A stretch of DNA of 44,522 bases from Microbacterium sp. (lineage in GTDB: Bacteria; Actinomycetota; Actinomycetes; Actinomycetales; Microbacteriaceae), in contig JASGDZ010000310.1 in NCBI GenBank assembly GCA_047606835.1, positions 1 through 44,522 of the forward strand. The letters are read 5' to 3'. Numbering within the stretch: the stretch's first letter is position 1; every line of letters begins with the position of its first letter. Shown here piece after piece: positions 38,422-44,522 of the stretch. The position numbers were made by a program, and so were the translations under genes. The notes beneath the pieces are model-generated. The model did not search any database, was not told where the DNA came from, and saw only the letters and a program-made list of their open reading frames with translations.

Positions 38422-39078
38422 TCAGAAGAGGGTCTGCGGCACGAGCGCCCACGACGCGCGGTGGTGCTCCGTCAGCCCGTGCGCACGGATCGCCTCGCGA
38501 TGCTCCGGGCTCGCGTACCCCTTGTTGCGCGCCCAGTGGTAATGCGGCCGGTCGTCGTGCAGGCCGATCATCAGCGCGTCTCGCGCGACCTTCGCGATGA
38601 CGGATGCCGCGGCGGCGCTGGCGCAGTCGCGGTCGGCCTTGACCACCGGCCGCACCGTGAGGCCCCCCGCCCCGGCGGGACTGACGTAGTCGTGATTGCC
38701 GTCCAGGACCACGATCGCGTCCTCGGGCACCACGCCGTGTGCGCGCAGGTCGCCGATCGCGCGGATCGCGGCGAGCCCGAGCGCCCGCATGATGCCCACC
38801 TCGTCGATCTCTCCAGCGGCGGCCCAGCCGACTGCGCTCGCCTGCACCCAGCGCGCAGCGCGGGAGGCGACATCCGCCCGCTTCGGCTCGGGCACGAGCT
38901 TGGAGTCGCGAAGTCCCGTCGGGATGCGACGGCGCGCCGCATGTGCGTCGATCACCGCCGCGCCGACGGCGACGGGCCCGGCGAGGGCTCCGCGCCCCAC
39001 CTCGTCGAGCGCGATCACGATCGGCCGCTCGCGCAGCAGTCGCCGCTCGAGGGTGAGGCGGGGCTCCACGACCGTCAC
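38422..39078 (-). CDS. rnhB: Ribonuclease HII
   Basis: DEVGRGALAGPV, LRDSK, LDG, KAD, AASVIAKVARD, NKGY, HRASW; GTG start overlaps the lepB stop. Confidence 0.96.
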   Translation of the reverse strand: MTVVEPRLTLERRLLRERPIVIALDEVGRGALAGPVAVGAAVIDAHAARRRIPTGLRDSKLVPEPKRADVASRAARWVQASAVGWAAAGEIDEVGIMRALGLAAIRAIGDLRAHGVVPEDAIVVLDGNHDYVSPAGAGGLTVRPVVKADRDCASAAAASVIAKVARDALMIGLHDDRPHYHWARNKGYASPEHREAIRAHGLTEHHRASWALVPQTLF

Positions 39079-39851
39079 GGCGACGAAGCTGCGGTCGCGT
39101 CGGGGATGGCCGCGAACACGTCGCCGTGCGCGTCGATCACGCCGAACCGGCTGAACGGCCACGTGATGAGGAAGGCGCGCCCGACCACGTTCTCGATCGG
39201 GACGAAGCCCTTGCCCGGCTCATCCTGGTGGAAGCGCGAGTCCATCGACGAGTAGCGGTTGTCGCCGAGGACCCACAGCGAGCCCTCTGGCACGGTGACG
39301 TCGAAGGCATCCTCCGACGCCGCCGTCTCCCCCGACGGGAAGTTGACGTACGCGGTCTCGTCGATCGGGGTGCCGTTGACCGTGATCTGCCCGAGCGCAT
39401 TGCAGCACACGACGTGATCGCCGGGCACGCCGATCACCCGCTTCACGAGGTGGTCGTCGCTGTCCGGCGCGGACAGCCCGACGAGCGACAGCACCCAGTC
39501 CACGCCTTCGACGAGAGGGGAGCGCGGTGTGTCCGCACTGGCCGGCAGCCAGCCGCCTGGATCGCGGAACACGACGACCTCGCCACGCGCGTAGCCGGTG
39601 AACCGCGGAGTGATCTCGTCGACGAGGATGCGGTCCTGAATCTCCAGCGTGTGCTCCATCGACCCGGAGGGGATGTAGAACGAGCGCACCACGAAGGTCT
39701 TGATGAGGAAGGAGACGACGAGCGCGATCACCACGATCACGACGATGTCGCGCAGGAACCCCCAGCCGCGGCGCCCGCGCCGTCCACGGGGAGAAGCGGT
39801 CGGCCCCTCCGAAGCCGCCGGATCGGCGGTGGCCGTGTCGTCGGTCGTCAT
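39075..39851 (-). CDS. lepB: Signal peptidase I
   Basis: TM helix, FYIPSGSME (catalytic Ser), LVKRVIGVPGD (catalytic Lys), GDNRYSSMDSR. Confidence 0.96.
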   Translation of the reverse strand: MTTDDTATADPAASEGPTASPRGRRGRRGWGFLRDIVVIVVIALVVSFLIKTFVVRSFYIPSGSMEHTLEIQDRILVDEITPRFTGYARGEVVVFRDPGGWLPASADTPRSPLVEGVDWVLSLVGLSAPDSDDHLVKRVIGVPGDHVVCCNALGQITVNGTPIDETAYVNFPSGETAASEDAFDVTVPEGSLWVLGDNRYSSMDSRFHQDEPGKGFVPIENVVGRAFLITWPFSRFGVIDAHGDVFAAIPDATAASSP

Positions 39852-39926
39852 GACATCCTTCACATCGGCTCGCCGCTCACGGGCCGCTACCGTAAAGGTT
39901 CGCACATCCCATGCTTCGAAGACGCT

Positions 39927-39958
39927 GAAGCCCCGCCGAGAGAACACGACGGGGCTTC
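39927..39958 (-). terminator. Hairpin terminator candidate after rplS
   Basis: GAAGCCCCGTCG / CGGCGGGGCTTC stem about 14 nt after the rplS stop. Confidence 0.65.
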
Positions 39959-39972
39959 GCGCGCAGTGCGGA

Positions 39973-40320
39973 TCAGCGCTCGCGCTTCTCCTTGATCTTG
40001 GCCTTCTTGCCGCGCAGCTGACGCAGGTAGTAGAGCTTCGCGCGACGCACGTCGCCGCGCGTGACGACCTCGATGTGGTCGATCGCCGGGCTGTGCACCG
40101 GGAAGGTGCGCTCGACGCCCACCTGGAAGCTGATCTTGCGCACCGTGAAGGTCTCGCGCACGCCGTCGCCGGAGCGGCCGATCACGACGCCCTGGAAGAC
40201 CTGGATGCGGGAGCGGTTGCCCTCCGTGATGTTGACGTGCACCTTGACGGTGTCGCCGGGGGCGAAGTCGGGGATGTCCGCGCGCAGCGATGCCGCGTCG
40301 ACGGAGTCGAGGATCTGCAT
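39973..40320 (-). CDS. rplS: 50S ribosomal protein L19
   Basis: MQILDSVD...[46 protein letters not shown]. Confidence 0.99.
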   Translation of the reverse strand: MQILDSVDAASLRADIPDFAPGDTVKVHVNITEGNRSRIQVFQGVVIGRSGDGVRETFTVRKISFQVGVERTFPVHSPAIDHIEVVTRGDVRRAKLYYLRQLRGKKAKIKEKRER

Positions 40321-40505
40321 GATCGTCACTTCCTGCGGCCGCCACAGGTCGACCGCGAATGGGATGTCAGGATGAGCGTGTGCCCTCGTGTCGAACACCG
40401 GATGCCGGCGCGACGGACTCCCCTGAGGCAGAGCCTGGCCGGGGCACAAGCATCCATTCTGCCACGGATGCCCGAGCCGGCCAAACCGCCGCGAGCACCC
40501 CGGTC

Positions 40506-41006
40506 TCAGGCGCGGGGCGGGGCGGGTCGCTCGGTGACGACGAACACCTCGGGTGCGGTGCCGGCGGCCGTCCTCGGCGGCTGGGGCGGCACGTAGCCCA
40601 CGCCCGACACGGTGGTGCGCAGCACCACACGGCCGGGTCGCGCCTCGCGGACGAGCTCCCACAGCAGGAACCAGAACAGCCCGAGGCCCGCGACGATCGC
40701 GAAGATCAGCAACGCGACCCACGACGCGGCGTTGAAGAAGCCCAGCGCGATCGTCAGTGCGTGCCAGAGCGCGAACCCCGCCACGTCCGCCCACGAGACG
40801 GCGCGCGACGCGCGCACCGTGCCGCGAGCCCGCACCAGAAGGGCGAAGGCGAGCTGGCCGACGAGCACCGAGGGGATCGCGAGGAACAGCACCCACAGGA
40901 AACCCAGTGCGCCGGCGTCGAACACCGCCCAGCCGATGAGGAGCCACGCCGGCAGCACGAACGCGGCGGGGATGAGCCAGGCGAAGAACGTGCGACGCAG
41001 CCACAT
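40506..41006 (-). CDS. Small multi-pass membrane protein of unknown function
   Basis: 166 aa, about four hydrophobic helices; TAGCAT 7 nt before the ATG (leaderless-type). Confidence 0.8.
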   Translation of the reverse strand: MWLRRTFFAWLIPAAFVLPAWLLIGWAVFDAGALGFLWVLFLAIPSVLVGQLAFALLVRARGTVRASRAVSWADVAGFALWHALTIALGFFNAASWVALLIFAIVAGLGLFWFLLWELVREARPGRVVLRTTVSGVGYVPPQPPRTAAGTAPEVFVVTERPAPPRA

Positions 41007-41068
41007 GATGCCGATGCTACGCCGATCGCCGCTTCGGGGAGAATGGATCCGATGAGAGGATGCCGGGA

Positions 41069-41851
41069 ATGATCGAACTGCGCACGCCCGCCGAGCTCGA
41101 GGCCATGCGCCCCGCCGGTCGCTTCGTGGCCGAGACGCTCGCGACGCTTCGCGAGGAGACGAAGGTCGGCACGAACCTGCTCGCGATCGACCGGCACGCG
41201 CACGACCTGATCCGCCGAGCCGGCGCCCAGTCGTGCTACATCGACTACCACCCGTCGTTCGGCGCGATGCCGTTCGGCAAGGTGATCTGCACGTCGGTCA
41301 ACGACGCCGTGCTGCACGGGCTCCCCTTCGACTACACGCTGCGCGACGGCGACCTCGTCTCGCTCGACTTCGCCGTGTCGATCGACGGATGGGTGGCCGA
41401 CTCGGCGGTGTCGTTCGTGGTCGGCACGCCCCGCGACGAGGACCTGCGCATCATCGACACCACGCAGCGCGCGCTCGACGCCGCCATCGCCGCGGCGACG
41501 GTCGGCCATCGGATCGGCGACCTCTCGCACGCGATCGCCGAAGTGGCCCGCGCCGAGGGGTACTCGATCAACACCGACTTCGGCGGGCACGGGGTCGGAC
41601 GCGAGATGCACGGCGACCCGCACGTGCCCAACGACGGCAAGCCGGGGCGCGGGTTCCCCCTCCGCGCCGGGCTCGTGATCGCGATCGAGCCCTGGTTCCT
41701 GCAGGCGACGGACAAGCTCGTGACCGATCCGGACGGCTGGACGCTGCGCAGCGCCGACGGATCGCGCGGCGCGCACTCCGAGCACACCGTCGCCATCACC
41801 GACGACGGGCCGATCGTGCTCACCGACCGCTCGTTCCTCGGGGTGCGCTGA
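41069..41851 (+). CDS. map: Type I methionine aminopeptidase
   Basis: CTSVNDAVLHG, DLVSLD, GWVADSA, GHGVG..MH, AIEP, AHSEHTVAIT. Confidence 0.96.
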   Translation: MIELRTPAELEAMRPAGRFVAETLATLREETKVGTNLLAIDRHAHDLIRRAGAQSCYIDYHPSFGAMPFGKVICTSVNDAVLHGLPFDYTLRDGDLVSLDFAVSIDGWVADSAVSFVVGTPRDEDLRIIDTTQRALDAAIAAATVGHRIGDLSHAIAEVARAEGYSINTDFGGHGVGREMHGDPHVPNDGKPGRGFPLRAGLVIAIEPWFLQATDKLVTDPDGWTLRSADGSRGAHSEHTVAITDDGPIVLTDRSFLGVR

Positions 41852-41865
41852 CGTCGAGAGCGGGC

Positions 41866-42576
41866 TCACTCCCCCAAGAGATCGGGGCGGCGCTCGCGCG
41901 TGCGCTCCACCTGCTGTGCGCGACGCCACTGGGAGACCCGGCCGTGGTGGCCGCTCAGCAGCACCTCGGGCACGTCGTAGCCGCGCCACGACGCCGGCTT
42001 CGTGTACGAGGGGTACTCCAGCAGTCCGTCCTCGTGCGACTCCTCGACGAGGCTCTCCGGATTGCCGACCACCCCGGGGACGAGCCGGCCGATCGCCTCG
42101 ATCATCGCCATCGCCGCGACCTCGCCGCCGTTGAGCACGTAGTCGCCGAGGCTCACCAGCCGCACGTCGCCGAGCGTCGCGGCATACGCGAAGACGCGCT
42201 CGTCGATGCCCTCGTAGCGGCCGCAGCCGAACACGAGGTGGGATGCGGCGGACAGCTCCCGCGCCATCGCCTGCGTGAACGGGACCCCCGCCGGCGAGGG
42301 GAACACGAAGATCGGGCGTCTCGTCTCGCTCCGGTGGCCCGGCGACCCCTCGCCGACGATGGCGTCGAGCGCCTCCCCCCACGGCTCGGGCTTCATCACC
42401 ATGCCGGCGCCCCCGCCGTACGGCGTGTCGTCGACGGTGCGGTGACGATCGTGGGCGCAGTCCCGCAGGTCGTGCACGCGGATGTCGAGCAGCCCGGCGC
42501 CGCGCGCGCGGCCGAGCAGCGACACCTCCAGCACGTCGAAGAACGCGGGGAAGATCGAGACGACGTCGATGCGCAC
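41866..42576 (-). CDS. trmD: tRNA (guanine-N1)-methyltransferase TrmD
   Basis: [46 protein letters not shown]. Confidence 0.98.
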   Translation of the reverse strand: MRIDVVSIFPAFFDVLEVSLLGRARGAGLLDIRVHDLRDCAHDRHRTVDDTPYGGGAGMVMKPEPWGEALDAIVGEGSPGHRSETRRPIFVFPSPAGVPFTQAMARELSAASHLVFGCGRYEGIDERVFAYAATLGDVRLVSLGDYVLNGGEVAAMAMIEAIGRLVPGVVGNPESLVEESHEDGLLEYPSYTKPASWRGYDVPEVLLSGHHGRVSQWRRAQQVERTRERRPDLLGE

Positions 42577-42577
42577 G

Positions 42578-43219
42578 TCAGTCCTCCGGCGACTGCGCGC
42601 CCGGCTCCCCCGGCTCGTCGTCCTCCACCGGGCGCTCGTCGTCGACGATGTCCTCGAACAGGCCCGCGGGCGGAGTCACCACGACGCGGCCGGCCGCGAC
42701 GTCCACGTCCGGGACGATCGCCTTGACGAACGGCACGAGCACCTCTCGCTCGCCCGACCTCACGATCAGCAGGTCCTGCGCGGGGAAGTGGTCGACGCGA
42801 ACCACCCGTCCGACGGCGTGGCCGTCGCGCACGACGTCGAGGCCGACGAGCTGGTGGTCGTACCAGGCGTCGTCCTCGGGCTCCTCGGCCGCGGCATCCT
42901 GGTCGATCCACAGGATCGCGCGCACGACGCTCTCGGCGGCGGTGCGGTCGTCGACGCCTTCGAAGAAGGCGACCGGATGACTGTTCATCCACTTGAACTC
43001 GCGCACCGTGAGCGTCTTGCCGCGCCACGGCGACGACTCGGGCACCTGCAGGGTGAAGGTCGCACCGGGGACGAAGCGGCGATCCGGATCGTCGGTGTAC
43101 AGCTCGAGCTTGAGCGCGCCCTTCAGACCGTGCGCCTTGACGAGTCGTCCGACGCGCAGCTGCGTCTTCGAGGACGCCGGGGGCCTCGGCTTGCGCGCCG
43201 TGTCCTTCCGTGCGGGCAC
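42578..43219 (-). CDS. rimM: Ribosome maturation factor RimM
   Basis: [36 protein letters not shown]; between khpA and trmD. Confidence 0.97.
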   Translation of the reverse strand: MPARKDTARKPRPPASSKTQLRVGRLVKAHGLKGALKLELYTDDPDRRFVPGATFTLQVPESSPWRGKTLTVREFKWMNSHPVAFFEGVDDRTAAESVVRAILWIDQDAAAEEPEDDAWYDHQLVGLDVVRDGHAVGRVVRVDHFPAQDLLIVRSGEREVLVPFVKAIVPDVDVAAGRVVVTPPAGLFEDIVDDERPVEDDEPGEPGAQSPED

Positions 43220-43220
43220 G

Positions 43221-43451
43221 TCAGTCGTCCGCGACGTCGACGCGCACCCGGCGGCCGTCGGCGAGGGCGGAGACGAGCGTGCGCAGCGCCTTGGCCGTGC
43301 GGCCGCCGCGCCCGATCACGCGTCCGCGGTCGTCCGGGTGCACGTGCACCTCCAGGACGTCGCCTCGAGACGACGTGGACGCGTGGATGCGCACGTCGTC
43401 GGGGTGATCGACGATCCCCCTGACGACGTGCTCGAGCGCGGCGGCGAGCAA
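43221..43451 (-). CDS. khpA: KH-domain RNA-binding protein KhpA
   Basis: LEHVVRGIVDHPDDV, GRVIGRGGRTA; after rpsP. Confidence 0.95.
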   Translation of the reverse strand: MLAAALEHVVRGIVDHPDDVRIHASTSSRGDVLEVHVHPDDRGRVIGRGGRTAKALRTLVSALADGRRVRVDVADD

Positions 43452-43455
43452 CGGA

Positions 43456-43869
43456 CTACTCGGCGGGCTCGGCGGCAGCGGCGTCCGCCTCGACGGGCTC
43501 GGCCGGCTCCGCCTTCTTCGCCGGCTTGGGGTTGATGACCGACTTCTTGGCGGCGTCGGGCTCGAACTCGGCCTTGCCCTGCGCCGTCCGCACGGTGGAC
43601 ACGGCGTTCTTGTCGCCCTTGTAACGACCCCAGTCGCCGGTCAGCTTGAGGAGGGCGAGCACCTGCTCGGTCGGCTGGGCGCCGACGCCCAGCCAGTACT
43701 GAGCACGGTCGGAGTCGACCTCGATGAACGAGGGCTCCTCGGTCGGGTGGTACTTGCCGATCTCCTCGATCACACGACCGTCGCGCTTGGTGCGCGAGTC
43801 GGCGACGACGATGCGGTAGTACGGCGCCCGGATCTTGCCCAGGCGCTTGAGACGGATCTTGACAGCCAC
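43456..43869 (-). CDS. rpsP: 30S ribosomal protein S16
   Basis: [36 protein letters not shown]. Confidence 0.99.
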   Translation of the reverse strand: MAVKIRLKRLGKIRAPYYRIVVADSRTKRDGRVIEEIGKYHPTEEPSFIEVDSDRAQYWLGVGAQPTEQVLALLKLTGDWGRYKGDKNAVSTVRTAQGKAEFEPDAAKKSVINPKPAKKAEPAEPVEADAAAAEPAE

Positions 43870-44029
43870 GATTCTCCTGAATGGTGTGTTGTGGGATGAA
43901 CGAACGCCTGGAGCGTGGGGTGCACACCCGGCTTAAGCTCTGAGGGCGGATCGCGCGCCGGATAGAGGGTCGAGCGGCGGTCCGACCCTCTATTCTGCCA
44001 TACGGCGGGCGTCGTGGCAGACTGTGCGG

Positions 44030-44522
44030 ATGACCGTGCGCTTCGCGTCATCCGCCCGCTCGACCGTGGGCCTGGAATGGGAGGTCATGCTCGCCGACGG
44101 CGAGTCGGGCAACCTCGTCGGCCGTGCTCCCGAGGTCCTCGCCTCCCTCGAGGAGCAGACGGCGCACGAGCGCTTCACGATCACCGGCGAACTGCTCACC
44201 AACACCGTGGAGGTCACGAGCGGCGTCGGCGCGACCGTCGCCGAGGCGACGCACGACATCGCCGACGCGATCGCCGCCGTGCGTACCGTCACGAACCCCA
44301 TGGGGGTCGAGCTGCTGTGCGCGGGAAGCCATCCGTTCGCGCAGTGGTACGACCAGCGCGTGACCGACAAGACCCGCTACCACGCGCTCATCGACCGCAC
44401 GCAGTGGTGGGGCAGGAACATGATGATCTGGGGCATCCACGTGCACATCGGCGTCGACGACGTACGCAAAGTGATCCCGATCATCAACGCGCTGTCGGTC
44501 TACCTCCCGCATCTGCAGGCGC
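44030..44522 (+). CDS. Glutamate--cysteine ligase / YbdK-type carboxylate-amine ligase (partial, runs off window)
   Basis: Not in the ORF track; ATG 44030 reads MTVRFASSARSTVGLEWEVMLAD...ELLTNTVEVTSG...AGSHPF...WGIHVHIG. Confidence 0.9.
   Translation, partial: MTVRFASSARSTVGLEWEVMLADGESGNLVGRAPEVLASLEEQTAHERFTITGELLTNTVEVTSGVGATVAEATHDIADAIAAVRTVTNPMGVELLCAGSHPFAQWYDQRVTDKTRYHALIDRTQWWGRNMMIWGIHVHIGVDDVRKVIPIINALSVYLPHLQA

Noticed and set aside
59-44512. Numerous long Arg/Pro/Ala-rich antisense or alternative-frame ORFs (e.g. 12958-15432, 22959-25025, 33812-36424, 44048-44512)
   Set aside because: They overlap well-supported genes, show no recognisable motifs and are expected in DNA this GC-rich.

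Overview
High-GC actinobacterial chromosome segment; gene content and order suggest Microbacteriaceae, probably Microbacterium-like (inference). It has two parts. (1) About 1-13050 is an accessory block. It holds a possible IS remnant at the left edge, then a LacI-regulated divergon: sugar ABC binding protein plus two permeases on the minus strand, and lacI, ribokinase, a cytoplasmic GH116 glycoside hydrolase, a 44-codon possible relic ORF, ribitol 2-dehydrogenase, deoC and a full-length plus truncated aldehyde dehydrogenase pair on the plus strand. A vapBC toxin-antitoxin pair closes the block. (2) About 13150-44522 is core backbone: mnmA, cysteine desulfurase, glgX-glgE-glgB, ybbN/cnoX, envelope genes, rpsB-tsf-pyrH-frr-cdsA, M23 peptidase, yraN-comM-dprA-xerC, DUF2469, lepB-rnhB, rplS, map, rpsP-khpA-rimM-trmD and a partial YbdK-type ligase. 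The best candidate for an undescribed system is the GH116/ribokinase/RbtD/DeoC cluster, a probable pentoside or pentitol-glycoside scavenging pathway with two near-identical 17-bp operators. Other notable features are a 4 x 41-bp tandem array upstream of mnmA and a membrane protein with an internal twin-arginine/lipobox segment. No rRNA, tRNA or CRISPR array was recognised. All calls come from reading motifs by eye; no database searches were run.
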